Part shown: positions 1 through 13,562 of the stretch, piece by piece
Position numbering within the stretch: the first letter of the stretch is position 1
Layout: every line of letters begins with the position of its first letter
DNA from: Camelus dromedarius
Lineage: Eukaryota
DNA length: 64,000 nucleotides
Assembly: GCF_036321535.1 (NCBI RefSeq)
Contig: NC_087447.1
Coordinates: forward strand, 37,698,001 to 37,762,000
Direction: 5' to 3'
Notes under the pieces: model-generated
What the model was told of the DNA's origin: nothing
The model's database searches: none
The model's input: only the letters and a program-made list of their open reading frames with translations
Position numbers and translations under genes: made by a program

Positions 1-1429
1 AGCTGGTGGAATCACGCTGTTGGCTGGGGCTTGTTTAATTTTATAGAAAGCTCTGGGCTCAGAGCCCAGCTGTATAATGGTATGCGTTATTCAGACAGAC
101 GTGGGATAAGCTGTCATAAAGCCAGAGGGGCCCACTCGTGGGGTATGTAGGCTCGTGGGTTGGGGGTGGGAATAACAGAGGAGCTGGAGTTGGGGGGGTG
201 GCTGTAATTTTGGAATTTTCTGTGCTCTGACTCAGGAAGGGATAGGATTTGCTACTAGCATAGGGAGAACTGGGTTTATTCCTTGGCCTTCACAGGAACC
301 CAAGAGGATGAAAGGATTGACCTCAGACAGGTTGCCCAACAGCTCAGATGGATAAAGGGCCCAAAGACAGGCCACACTGGGCCCCAAGGAGGTGGTGAGG
401 GAGACCACTGTGGGGAGCTGCCCCACGTCTGTCACCATGTTGGGCACATTTCCTGAGAATCAAGGATAAGGATGCTGTGCAGGGCATACCAGAGACTCCC
501 AGAACCCCACACAAAGCGATTCCGCTGGATGGAATAATCTGGCCATCTTCCAGGCTGAGAAGATGGGAGTCGTCCCTGAACCTTCCCTCTGCTTCAACCC
601 TCTGTCTACTCCCCACCAAGGACCGGAGACATAAGAAGGGTGAGATTAAGATTCTGGAGTCGGCAGATTTAGTTAAAATCCCAGCTCTGCATTTAATGTG
701 CATGATCTTCTCTCAAAGCCTCTGTTCCAGCATCTTAAACATGGGAATTATCATTATAACACACCATTAGAATATCGGGAGGATCGGATGAGAGGATGAA
801 TGGAAAGCGTAGCACACTGCTTGACATACAGAAAGGACACAGGAGATAAGAAAGGTTGTGGAGAAGGGAGGAGGGCCCTGGAGGAGGGGGCGAGAAGGAG
901 GCAGGCAGGAGGAAGGTGGGGGGCGCTGCTAAGAGGCAGTTCAGAACAGCAAGCAAGAGCACAGTCTTTGCTGCCAAACAGCCAGGCACCAAATTCCAGC
1001 TTGGTCACTTACTAGCGGTGATTTTTAAAGCTCCCTAGTGATGCTAATATGCATATGGGGTGGAGAACTTCTGAGCCCTCTTTGTCCCAAGAAACTGAAG
1101 GGCCATGAGTGGAACCAGAAGTCTCCACTGTGGGCTTTAGTATCATGAACTCTGAATTAAAGGGACTTGGGTTCTAATCCTGACTCCACTCTTTATCCAA
1201 TGTGACCTTGAGGAAGTCTCTCAAACCATTTCCTCAACCACAGATGGGAACAACATGGCACCTACTCCTACTTGTCAGGGTGGTTTTATGATTTAAAAGA
1301 AACGTCTGCAAGGCATTAAGCACAGGGAGAGCACACTCAAACGTTAGCTATTGCTGTTCTGTACAATTTACTTCTCCCTGGACCAGACTTGACAAGCCCT
1401 GCTCATCCAGATTTCCTTAAGGGCTTAGA

Positions 1430-1602
1430 CCAGTGCTTCTGAGAGTGACCATGCCCCTCAGAATCACCTGTAGAGCTGGTTACAGTGCGGCTTCCCAGGT
1501 CTTACGCTAGGACCTCAGTGAATCTTGGGTGGGGCAAACCATCTGTGTTTTCCAAACCATCCCTGAGGGATGATGATTCAGAGTTAGCACTGGGAACCAC
1601 CG
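1430..1602. mobile_element. MER5-like hAT-Charlie MITE
   Basis: cagtgcttct...cagaatcacctgtagagct...ctgggaaccaccg resembles MER5A/B termini and core. Confidence 0.6.
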
Positions 1603-1611
1603 AGCTGAAGA

Positions 1612-1648
1612 CTTCCTGTGACTGGCATCTTCCTGTGACTGGCATCTT
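1612..1648. repeat. Perfect 17-bp tandem duplication
   Basis: cttcctgtgactggcat at 1612-1628 and 1629-1645, plus ctt. Confidence 0.95.
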
Positions 1649-2289
1649 AAGTCTACTGAAGGACATAACTGCTTCCACTTAGATCATCGTTCTATCTCCA
1701 ACAGTAATGTCATTTTTCAAGTGGAAAATAAAAAGCAAAAATTAAACAGAAGACCTTAGTGAGGTCCTAGGGCTCCCCAATTGCCCGTATTTGCTCTAAG
1801 TGTTTGGACCTTGAATGCAGGGGCAAATTGACCATAAAGTTAACGAATTGTAACACCCATGGTAATTGATGAAAACCACTGTTCCTCTCAATTTTGTCTT
1901 TTCCTCATGTAGCATTGCCATGGCTGCAGGCATTTTCAAGACCCAGCCCAGGACCTGAGTTAGGGGATATGTTTGGCTTGGGTTTGGTGGGGTATGTGAA
2001 GATGAGGAAGGAGGGTTGATATTTATAATAGACACCACGTGAACAAAGATGATAGAGGATCTGGAGGCACCCTCTTCTTGTCTCAAGTGGGAAATGAAAT
2101 CAGAGGGACTAGTCCCTATGAAAGATGGAGACAAAAGGCCCAGAGAGGGGAGGTAACTCTTCCAAGGTCACACAGCAAGTACAAGCTAGAGCCAAGACAG
2201 GCTTCCTGAGCCAGCTGTTCCCACCAAACTAGCTTTCTCACACTCTCCCCAGGCTGACCTGTGAACTCGGCCCCAACCATGGAACTCAC

Positions 2290-2403
2290 CTTGGCTATGA
2301 TTCGGCACAAGGGAGCCCCCTCCTGGGTCAGGCTGAACAGGTTCCCTGTGGTGGATTCTGTGGTGTAGATATTGTCTGAGGCATCAATTTTTCTCACCAG
2401 TGC
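2290..2403 (-). CDS. INSC: INSC coding exon (114 bp), ALVRKIDASDNIYTTESTTGNLFSLTQEGAPLCRIIAK
   Basis: ctcttttcttag|GCACTGGTG...GCCAAG|gtgagt; phase 0-0; overlaps ORF 2116..2397. The next exon (EGGVVALF...) was not found in 1-2289, so the gene continues past the left edge. Confidence 0.97.
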
Positions 2404-3504
2404 CTAAGAAAAGAGAGTAAAGTGTGATGATCACTCACTCACCTACCTTCTGCCTGTCTTCCTTAGTGGAATACTAGTGGATCCACACTCCTAAGAGGCC
2501 CCTGAAATCTACAACCCTGCCCCATCCACTGTCCCACGATGGTGAGGTTCCATCCAGCTTTGGGAAAGACATGAGTCAGGATGAGGTCTGAGCTACTTTT
2601 CAGAAATACGGGATAATTTCAAACCCCTGGGGCATGGACAATGAATGTGCCTTGATCCAGTTAATCAGAAAATCAGCTCTCAACACCGATGGGCTCAGCA
2701 AGCACCTTTTTGCTATTCTGTGGGCTCCTACTGAGAATAGGAACCATCAGTTAAATAAACAAACCATCAAGTTGAAAACTAATAAGTTCCTACAGGTATG
2801 ACCAAAGAATTTGCTCATTTTGGATGGCCAGTGGCTAATGGCAAACTCCAGCTGGGTGACGGGTTCAGGAGATGAGTCAAGAGAAACACTCTACTAGCAG
2901 CTTCCTGCTCAGGCGACACTCGCCTTGGGTGGATAAGCCAGGCCAAAATGGCAACTCTGGAATCCTGTCAAAGAATGGGTAGCTGAGAGAGGAATGCCAC
3001 ACTGATGAAGGCTGGACCTAAGGCTGGTGGTGAGAGAGCTGGGAATGTCCCAGCACAGGACCCCGAGAGGCCCAGGAAGACAAGCAAAGGGAAGTCACCA
3101 ACAAATGAGATATGAAGATTATTCCTAGAAGAGTTTAGCTGATTTCTCGGAAAAAGCTTTTCACGTAGCTTAAAACCACTTCATAATCAGCCATTTGTTT
3201 TGAAGCATGTGATTCAAATGATTCCTACCTGCTAATTAATGCTCGTTGCTTAAGTTTCTCCCGGGAGGTGTGGCAATAGAAACGGGGAAGACTTGCCTTT
3301 GGGGGCCTTGTGCAAGAAAGTAAGACCTCTGGGAAGCCTCTTGTGCGGTTTCAGTTGCCATGTTTATTTGAAAATATTCAAATAGGTTTGTTTTCAAATA
3401 ACCCTGCTATTATAGAAAAGACACAAGGAAATGACGAGACCTGAATTCCAGGGCCAGCTTGCCTTTTTTTAACACGGTATGTTGATGAGGGAGTATGTAT
3501 ATGA

Positions 3505-3745
3505 TCAAAAGCATGGACCTCAGAGCCAAACTGCCTGGATTCAAATCCTGGCACTGCCTCTTCTGCCTCAGTGCCCCAAAGCACATAACTTAGGCCTTCT
3601 ACACCTCAGTTTCCTCATCTGTAAGATGGTGGAAACAACTGGCTCTCTCTTACGGTGATGGTACCCATCCCTTAAAGCTGCTAATATATATAAAGAACTT
3701 CTAAAAGTACCAGGCACACAGAAGCAAAATAAAATGGCTAGCAGT
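3505..3745 (+). mobile_element. MIR SINE
   Basis: ggattcaaatcctggcactgcc and the core cctcagtttcctcatctgtaagatgg. Confidence 0.75.
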
Positions 3746-5316
3746 TATTATCTTGTGACCTTGGGCAGTGGAGATAAACTTCCTATGCCTCAGTTTCCCC
3801 ATTTGTAAAATGATTTAAATTTTACAAAGGTGGTTTGAGGATTAAGGTAAATAGCTCTTCCTTACTCAAACTCATAGAATTCTTCACACATAGCAACATG
3901 CTAGTCTTCTACATATAGCAGCCAAGATTACATGTGCAATTAATCAGACTGTATTAAATATAAAAATTATTCCCTATGATTGGATAGATGTCTCTTATAA
4001 GATTTTAACAAAAGGTAAAATTAACCCAAGATTCATCACTGCAAGTCTCTATAATGAATGTGCTTCTTAGAATCCTTTCCCATCGTTACCAGAAGCAGTT
4101 ATGTAAGTGATATCAGTGCTAACACGAAAATGCAGGCTTCATACTATTGGGGTCCTGTACCTAAATGATAATTACCTAATGTTCCTGATTAGTGTTTGCA
4201 CTTGAAGCAAATTCGCATTACGTTAAACTGTTCAAACCCAATGTCTTTTGCAATCATCTGCAGCTATTAGACCATTTATGTCTGAGGATAATTTCTTGTT
4301 AACGTCTTTACCCATTTATACCACAATTACACCTCAAAGATGTCTCAGTGAGTCAGCTCTCTGACAATGAAAAGTGGAAAGCATCCTTTTCACCAGGATC
4401 AATTTGGGAAGATACAAGATCAAAGGCTCCACGGAAATCATCAAGGCTCTAAGTATCACAATGCGTCAGAGCTGGAAGGGCTCTCCAAAGTTTTGTTCAA
4501 GATTTCCTTCCAAGTTGAGGAGATTGAGACACAGACATCTGACCAAAGTTATATATGTGGTATGTGGGGGAGTTAGACTTTAACCCCTGTGAATTCGACT
4601 TCCTGTTTTCCAAAGTCAGTGAATCCATGTCTCTCAATGCCAGCAGGTCCTCACAGGGACTAGTGGAGATGGAAGTCTCAAGACAAGGAGAGAATCCAGC
4701 CTCATGAGTCGCTGTCACCATGCAGCACAGCTCTCCACCCCAGCTTCCATTAGTATCTACAACGCTCCACCCTGTGTCCGCCAGAGCTTCTGCTGCAGGG
4801 GGCAGAGGTGACCGAGAGCCCAGCTGCTGCCCCTCTACATCCACCACCGTGTTCCTGTTAGGGCCATACTCCCCCTGAGCTCCTCCCAGCCAGAGGGGAC
4901 TGAGCACGGCAGGGGCACCACTGCGAGCCCGTCACTGCGGGACAGGGGACTCCTCTAACAGGTGACTTTGGCTTAAGAATGGAAACAACGTAAAGGAAGA
5001 TAGATCGATTAAATCAAATGGCAGAATTTTTTTTAAAGATACTCTAGGCAGATATGAAACAAAACAAAACAAAAGATCTTGAAGAGCGGGAGAAAGGGAT
5101 AAAAAAGGGTTAAGGAGAGGCGCACAACTGAAAGTACTCTAAATAAAGAATTTGAAAGGAGGGATATGTTTGTAATTTTTTCCTCCATCAGAAAGAGTGA
5201 CTACAGCCCAGTGATATTTATCAAGAGAGATAAATTCTCACACAGAATCCTGGGACAAGTTCCTCAGAAGGAGGCAGGAAAATATTATGAAACCTCTTTC
5301 AAAAGCTTCAGACAGA

Positions 5317-5442
5317 GGGGAGGGTATAGCTCAGTGGTAGAGCACGGGCTAGCATGCAAGAGGTCCTGGGTTCAATCCCCAGTATCTCCATTAAAATAAA
5401 TAAATAAACGAATAAATAAGTAAAAACCTAAATAAATATATT
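5317..5442 (+). mobile_element. tRNA-Ala-derived SINE (camelid Vic-1 type)
   Basis: ggggagggtatagctcagtggtagag...ggttcaatccccag head with A/B boxes, AAAT-rich tail; TSD aagcttcagacaga (5303-5316) / aagcttcagttaga (5443-5456). Confidence 0.9.
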
Positions 5443-5512
5443 AAGCTTCAGTTAGAGATGCCATAGACAGATCCAGTTAGGGCAGCCCAGCCATACAAGG
5501 GGATTGCATAAA

Positions 5513-6053
5513 TGTGGGTAAATTAAAGATGGTCACAAATTCTTTGCTACTTTTCCCCTAGAGCAATAGATTCTAATTTCCCCCCTTGTAAATCTGGGCT
5601 GAACTCAGTGACTTGCTTGACCAATAGAAGCCAGCACTTGGCAGAAGTAATGTTTCAGGACTTCCAAGACTAGGTCATAAGAAACCTTGAAGCTGCCATC
5701 CAGGCTTCTTGGAACGTTCTTTTCAGAGTCCTGAGCTACGAGGTAAGAAGGGTGATAACTCTGAGACTGTTATGCTAGAGAAGCCTTGTGTGGGATCCCT
5801 GATCAATACTCGCAGCTGAGACCAGCTTTCCGGCCATCCCCTCCAAGGCACCGTGGATGTGATGAAATTTTCCAAGACTCTCTAAACCATCTGCCAGCTG
5901 AATACCACCAAAAGACCTCTGTTGATGTCGCATGGAGCAGAAGGATTATGCCGCCAATCTCACCAAAATTCTTGACCCTTAAAATTGTGACATACAGCAA
6001 AAATGATTGTTGCTGGGGTTGTTTGTTATGTCTTTGTAGAGTTTTGCAATACA
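5513..6053 (+). mobile_element. ERVL-MaLR solo LTR (MLT1G/H-like)
   Basis: tgtgggtaaattaaagatggtcacaaattctttgctac...gtgacttgcttgaccaatagaa...ggggttgtttgttatg...aataca; typical MLT1 motifs with TG...CA ends. Confidence 0.75.
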
Positions 6054-6929
6054 GGAAAAAATTACACAGATCAGCATGAAATGGTCAAAGGATTACTAGA
6101 CAAATTCAAAGGAAAAGGTTTTAAAATAAGGACACAGGATTGCCTGTGTCCCAAGAGAACATTTTGGAGAAATGCATGAAGTAGGACTCTGAGGAAAGGC
6201 ACGGGAAGAATAGACATCCTAAAGAGGAGACAGACAAAATAATAACTGAATCCGGGCTTGGATTAGCTACTGGTCTGATGGGAAAATTTCTCCTGGGTGG
6301 GAATATCCAATTTAGAGAGGCCCATGTGGAAAAGATCGCTTAGAACTGGTGGTTTGGGGCAGATCCAGAACTTAACTGATTTCATTTCTCTCAATAAGGG
6401 AAATCTGAAAGAGGACTTTGGAAACACAAAAGAATGTGCCAGAAAAGAGAACGAAGTCACGGCGAGAAAGCTGCTTAGATCCAGCAAATAGTGCTCATTC
6501 TATGAGTTAGAGAAGGAAAGAGACCTCCATGAGAAGCAGGGTAAATAAACTCTTAGAAATTCAGCTGAGTCTCCCTGAAAGGTGAAGGGGATTCACAGAA
6601 GGAAAGAGAAAACTGAAAACATAAGTCGCTACTGGAAAAAAAAGAGAGAGAGAGAGAGATGTAGCAGAAACAAATGTTATTCAAGGCTAAAACCTTCAAA
6701 AGGTATGGGAAGACGGTGTTTTGAGAAGCCCATGGCAGAGGGATGGGCTTCCACTGGGCCCATAAGGGACCAGACTTCTGGAGCATCACCAGGAAACCCT
6801 CCTGAGAAGACAGGGTCTTGAGGCTTAAGTGATTCTCTGACGAGAGGCAGGGCCAACAGCCATCCTGTTACAGAACCAGAGTGCCTGTGTGTCCTGGGTC
6901 TACTGTCGTTTTCTCATTTAGCCCTACAA

Positions 6930-8907
6930 GAACTTTCTAAAATATATGACCCTTTGCACATTTTTAATTGGACAGACAAAACTTTTCATCATAAGTTTAA
7001 AGAACAAAGTTAGAAAGGATGTAATTTCCAGCCGACTATAAATACTGACATAAAGTAAAAACCACTATATCACTTTTTTAGATATATTCAATGAAATCTA
7101 AATACCAAAACAACTTGATACTATCACCACCCGTTTTAAAAATACATGAATAATCTTTCTTAACATTTGAACATTTTGCCTCTTTTCTTTTCATCTTTAA
7201 ATTCATATTCCCATTCTAATTCTCCCGCAGAATTTTATCTTAATGTAATACTTTTAAGTTTCAAAGTACTTTACTGATCACCCTTAGCATACTTATCACT
7301 GAAATTTGAAACTTTAATTCCTGTGACTATAAGGCTCTACGTGTTTAAAAATAATCTCTTCTTAGTCGAATTAGTGTTACAATTACTATCAGTACACTTG
7401 GTCAATACCACATAGATGATAAATTTTGATAAGTAATTATCAATCATAAAATTAAAATTTTATTACAAATTTAGCTCTTAACAAGATGAATGAGGCTTTG
7501 TATCTTTCTTAGTCTAAGTCATTTATTTATCCATGATTGAATACTGGCTGAGTGCTATATTTTTAGATATAAACCCTGAAGAATCTTGTTACCATAAATC
7601 CAATAAAGAGGAATGGAAGGAGTTCTTATGGCCAAGTTGTTCGCCCTTTGAGCACATTCTGAGTTATGTAACCACATTGTGATCTATCATCAAACACTAT
7701 TTCTAATCTTCCAGCTGATTACTCCTATAAATTGGTAGAAGCAAAGAACTGGAAACATTTGACTTGCAAAAGCATTTTTTACCCAATCATTAGAGTCATT
7801 CACTCACTATCTCAATTTCTGGGAAGAATTCCAGAAGTACTCTACCAAGACTTATCAAATAACTGTTAATTATACCCACTACTCTTTCACTTAAAGCACC
7901 TTGGATTACCCAAATTATTCAGAAAGGATCAGGAAAATCAAAATATTATTAATTTCATTGCCAATACAATTTTAATCAAATATTTTTGTATGTTTCAAAT
8001 ATGTTGTATAAAAACCTTGAAGCTGCAGCTTTTGCTTATTTAATTTCTGGAAAATACCTACCCTATAACCTAATTGGCAAAGACATTTCTTTTACTCAAG
8101 CCATCAGCCAAGTCAACTTAGCTTTTTCTCAATATAGACCTGACTTCATTTTTAATTAAAAAAATTTTAGTATGTGTTCCAAGAAATGCTAAAAATTGCT
8201 GACAAATAATTATGGATATCATTCAGTAAGGGAAAATGCTAAAAACTGTCAATATTAAAATAATATAGACCTAAAATAAAATTTGATTTACTTATATATG
8301 TTCAAAAACCAAGATAAAACAATTTATTAAGCTTTTCATAATGCAAAGTAATAGCTAACACTGTAAATTAATTATAAATCTGGAATATGATAGAGGGCAT
8401 TGTAGTTCTTCAGCAAATAGATGTGTATATGTATGGAATTTATGCTGTTTAATTTCAGGTAATAATTAAATAAGATTTGAGAATAAAAATATCCAAAATT
8501 ATTCAACTGTTTTTAGTAGCTCTCATGATCAAACTTCCATATGTATTTAAAGAAGGAGAAAAGTATTTATACTGAAATCTAATTAGTACAGCTGCTAGCA
8601 ATTAATTATATCTTTTGCTAACAGGAAGTAGAAATTAGTCTAAATATTTTATAAAATGTTTTGACAAAGTAGGCTTTAACTGCTTTCTTAAATAATATGT
8701 ATCAAATCTGAAAAGAAAAATCATGCAAAACTGGTATCTGTGAATTTTATCCAGTACATCTTGAAAAATGTGGTCCTTCTCAAAAATATTCCAGTTACAT
8801 TTAAAAGAATCATTAAGTTTGAGAGTCTTTGGCTCTTCAAAGATACTTTTTTTTTGACATATCTTAGAGTTGAGTATAAGATACAGCTGAAAGGAGTTTT
8901 TGCATTT
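6930..8907 (-). mobile_element. Degraded hAT-Charlie DNA transposon with transposase remnants (Charlie2-like)
   Basis: About 2 kb, very AT-rich. The terminal region resembles recalled Charlie2. The minus strand has decayed transposase-like motifs (LLPF near 7610-7625; AKLTWL near 8103-8120, cf. AKLAYL). Boundaries approximate. Confidence 0.55.
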
Positions 8908-8922
8908 AAAAAGTGTCACCAA

Positions 8923-9650
8923 GAATGTAGTTTAGTGCAGCCATTATGGAAAACAGTATGGAGATTCCTCAAAAAACTAAAAATAGACTTGCCCTATAAT
9001 CCAGCAATCCCACATCTGGGTATATACCCAGAGGGAACTCTAATTTGAAAACATACTGATTCCCAGTGTTCATAGCAGCACCATCTACAATAGCCAAGAC
9101 ATGGAAGCAACCTAAATGTCCAAATGTCCATCAACAGATGACTGGATAAAGAAGTTGTGGTATATTTATACAATGGAATACTATTCAGGCATAAAAAGGA
9201 ATAAAACAATGCCATTTGCAGCAACATACATGGACCTAGAGATCATCAGTCTAAGTGAAGTAAGCCAGAAAAAGAAAGAAAAATACCATATAATATCACT
9301 CATATGTGGAATCTTAAAAAAAAAAAAAAGGACACTACAAACTCATCTACAAAACAAAAACAGACTCGCAGACATAGTAAACCATCTTATGGTTAAAGGG
9401 GAAATGAGGTGGAAAGGGATAAATTTGGGAGTTTGAGATTTACAAATGTTAGCCACTATATATAAAAATAGATTTTAAAAAAAGTTTCTTCTGTACAGCA
9501 CAGGGAACTATGTTCAATATCTTATAATAACCTTTAATGAAAAAGAATATGAAAACAAATATATGTATGTATATGCATGACTGGGACATTATGCTGTACA
9601 CCAGAAATTGACACACTGTAACTGACTGAACTTCAATAAAAAATAAAAAT
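8923..9650 (+). mobile_element. 5'-truncated lineage-specific L1 (ORF2 C-terminus, 3'UTR, A tail)
   Basis: Encodes LVQPLWKTVWRFLKKLKIDLPYNPAIP and CPSTDDWIKKLWYIYTMEYYS (L1 ORF2 end); TSD aaaaagtgtcaccaa (8908-8922) / aaaaagtgtccccaa (9651-9665). Confidence 0.93.
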
Positions 9651-9809
9651 AAAAAGTGTCCCCAAAAGCCATGGTGAGTGTTTGATTTGTCCTACCTGTG
9701 CTCTCTTTGCTTTGTCCAAGGAGAATGTCCCTCAAGAGCTAGGCATGATTTGAGAATAAACGAAGATGGAAGGGATAAGATAATTGGAAAAGTTCATAAC
9801 TACCCCTCC

Positions 9810-9810
<1 letters not shown>

Positions 9811-9880
<70 letters not shown>
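9811..9880. repeat. Compound microsatellite (AC)15(TC)20
   Basis: Read directly from the sequence. Confidence 0.98.
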
Positions 9881-9885
<5 letters not shown>

Positions 9886-12800
9886 TTCAACCATATTTCT
9901 GGATTCAGAAAATCCCCATACTATGAAAAACATACAATTTCTAATGCTTTTCTCAACAGAAATATGTAAAAAGCATGGAAATAATTCACAGAAGCCTAAA
10001 AGTTTATGGTTCAGGAAGGGAGGCTTCTTTTTGGTTTGCTCTCCCTACTCCCACAACACGGTTTGTGCAAAAAAAAGGGCAATGCACTAGAAGATTTAGG
10101 ATGGGTGAAGAGTATGCTTACTTTTCGTAAATAATAGAAGGGCTAGTAAAACCTGTCTTATTGGGAGGATTGTTTTTAGGAAAGAAAAGAAATGAAAATT
10201 GAAGATCTGGAACTTGGTTTCCTTAAAAGTATACGTGCTTGCATTTTTCGTAAGAAATGTTTGGGAACCTGGAGAATACAGTGCATTGGAAGCGACAGAC
10301 CACTGGCACAAGTCACTTCAGGCAGCCCGAATCAGTGCAGCCTGGGGTGGTAGAAACACAACGTTTAGAGAGGAGCCTAAAATTAAGAAATGTTGAAAAT
10401 GTTGAATGGGAAAGAATGCAAGTCAAGCCAGTCTTTGTGAGGGAATTACAGATGCCTGGCTTTGCAGGAAGAAGAAAATGTATCACATGCCCTTCGACGA
10501 TAAAGGAGACATTTTTCTCCCATATACGGTAAACACTGTACCACCATTAACCTATGGTGGACGCTTTTCCCCGGTGAATGTATGTTCACAAATCCCTGTG
10601 GACTGCGGACAACTGAAATAAATAGACGTCCTGTTGCAGATACAGTCAAGATGGAATCTGTCACCCACCCTCTTTTTCTCAACTGCAGATGAGTGTCTAT
10701 TAAGGTCTTCAGCAACCCTAAGGACAGAGTCTTAGGAAGACACGTTGACTGGAATTCCTGCCCTAGGGACTGAGGACTGGCTTGTTTTAACTTTCTGTGA
10801 GTGTAGGAGTAGTGCTGTGACAATGCTGTATATTCAAGGTATTAATTTTTTTGCACTTTCAAGTATGGTGGAGAAAGATCAGTATAAACTGAAAAGCCCT
10901 GAAGACACTGGTCCCATTGCTGGAGAGACCCTGGGCTGTAACTGCGCAAGGGAACAAGACTCCACACACACACACACTGGGATGAGGCTCTGCTGGCTAA
11001 ACTGAGCAGAATAAGAAAACTAAAGAGAATTCTATTAACCTAAGAATCTGGGGCTTTGAATTACTCCTAAGAGTAAAGGGATTCAGTTTTCTGGCTTTTT
11101 TCTTTCACTTTTATTTTTCTCCCAAAGAACTTTAAAATGAAATAGGAGACTATTTTAAAATTTTGGACAGCTTTATATTTCTCATCCTGGCAAGTATGTT
11201 TAGATTATCTTTATCTTACTGTATTTAATCACACTGCAGTTTGTGACTCCGTATGTTGGACAACATAACTGAGCAAAATCTCAGAGTGGGAAATAGAACA
11301 GGAAAGCAAATTTTGAGCTTTAGTTACAAAATCTCCTTAGAGTCAGTTTAATGAATGTAATATTATTAGTTCTTTCCAAGCTTTCTGGGATCAAAGTCTA
11401 AATTGCCCACTATGATTCCAGAAGGATCCACAAAGGAGTAGACTTTGTTATTTGGAAGGATGGCTTCATGAAGGTGGGAAAAGACTGCCTCACAGGCAGC
11501 CGCCCACCTCCTCCAAGGAGCCCGGCCACACCCCCGCCTGACCACAGCTGCACGGATAAGGCCAATCCCCACTCCTCCTGTCCTGCTAGGAAAGGATTTC
11601 AGCAACACCACCTCTGCTGGCCTCAGCCCTACCTCTCCATGTCATTTTGCTGATAGGGTAGGGATGAGTTAGCAAGTTGGGAAGAAGGAACTGAGTATGT
11701 TCAGCTTAGCACTTGCCTCTCTTCTCTTAGGAAGTGTCTGCCCTCTGTCACAGGATAGGCGCTTGTGCCACAGGTGAGGACTGAGTTTGTCCAGCTCTGC
11801 CTGGGACTGGGGTTGGAGGGAGGGGCAGAATTTGGCTATGAGACGTATTTTTAACAAGGTCTCTTAGCCACAGAGCCAGAGATACATTCCCTAACCAGTT
11901 TTATAAGAACAAAGGTGCTATTTTAAACTAAAATAAAAATTGATTGATGCAACGGAAGGATGAATGCATATAACACCTATCCACATGACACTGAGTCAAG
12001 GACCCACAGAAAGTCCCCTAGACGTCATCCTCAAGTAAATCAACTTTTCTAAGTCTTTTCCTCTTAAACTCCCACATGGCTAATCCTTTAATCCCAGCAA
12101 CTCTAATCCTTAATGCTCATTAATTTCCCATCGGTGGCTCCTAACAGCTAAGCCTTAAATTTCCCTGCCCACCAAGTAGTTAAATTATCTCAATAAACAG
12201 TAATTAGGTGATTAGAAGGTTCTTTTTAGCAAAGCTTGTTGTGAGCTTCTCTGAAGGCAGAACAGGTCTCTGGTGGATAAAGAAGTTGGCACAATTGGAA
12301 GAGTGCCACCAACCATTCCTCTGTTGTCTCATTTAATCCTAACAGCAATCCACTGCAGAGGTGAGGAAATTAAGTAACTTGCTGAAGTATGCCTATGCAG
12401 TGAGTAGCACAGTCAGGATCTGAACCCTGATTTGCCTCCTCATGCCACGCACAGTCCACTACCCACAAAGCTCACATTCATAAATTCACATACTATCAGG
12501 ATTGGAAGAACCCTTGCAAGTCACTCTGTCCAACCTCCTCTACTGCCGATGTCCTCCCAGGTGTGAGTTTCCCACCTCAGTGATGGGGACTTCCTAAGGC
12601 AGCCCCTTCTACTGTAGGGCAGCCCGATTGCTTTGCAAACTCCTTTTTACATGGAATGTCCTGTAGATTTGCTTCACTGGCCCAAGGTCCTTCTTCCCTT
12701 TGGGGGCCCAAGGCACAGAGCTTTGGAGGTGGCAGAGTGTGCATCCTTGGATTAAACAACCCTGCTCTTTCAACTCTTACCCTCAAAACTTAATCTTCAG

Positions 12801-13562
12801 CCTTTCCCCATCCTCCTAGGAACCTCCTCTGAGCACAATCATTGCAGTGACACATCTGGGGTCTGGAGCTGGGCGTAGCATTCCAGGATGGAGCAGACCA
12901 GCGCAAAGTTGTGATAGATGATCACTGCCCTTGACGTAAGCACCATTCCACCATGAACTGTGGATCTATGGTGGAGGTAGGGGGCGGAAAGAGCACTGTT
13001 CCTCTGCTCAAGAGCCTACATGGCTCCCTAGTGCATTAAAAAGGCATTTCCCAAATTGCAGTTCCTGAAACACCAGCTTCCCTGAATAAGTGAATGGGTA
13101 CTTTAAGGATAAAAAAGATCTGTGACTGTGTAAGTTTGGAATACACTTAATATTCTTTCATTAATAAATCTTTACTAAATGGTTATTGTATGCCAGGTAC
13201 TGTTCTAGTCACTAGATACATGTCCATACACAAGACAACCCAAAATTCCTGTCTGTGGAAACTACAGGTCAGACAAGAAATGCCATAAATGTGTGAGGAC
13301 CTTTTAGAAGACTCGCAATGCAGAATAGCACGTCATTAGAGAAATGCTGATGCAAATAATTAAGCTTAAGTTCATTTATGTCAAGATATCTCAAATACAG
13401 AATCCTGGCATAATTGCTAACATCCTAGAAAACAGTATTTGAGTCACCTGTTTTGGAAATAACATGCTCACAACACTGAATACAGACTACTGTCCTTCGG
13501 CTAGTATATCTCCTTATGTTACCACTGTCCTGTATGGAAACTTTCTAATGTAAAAAAGCTTA

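Noticed and set aside
2116..2289. Extension of ORF 2116..2397 beyond IIAK
   Set aside because: Intronic read-through past a consensus gtgagt donor.
5317..5390. tRNA-Ala-like sequence (also at 29544 and 34287) as real tRNA genes
   Set aside because: Stems are degenerate, and the copies have A-rich tails and, in two cases, clear TSDs; these are SINE heads.
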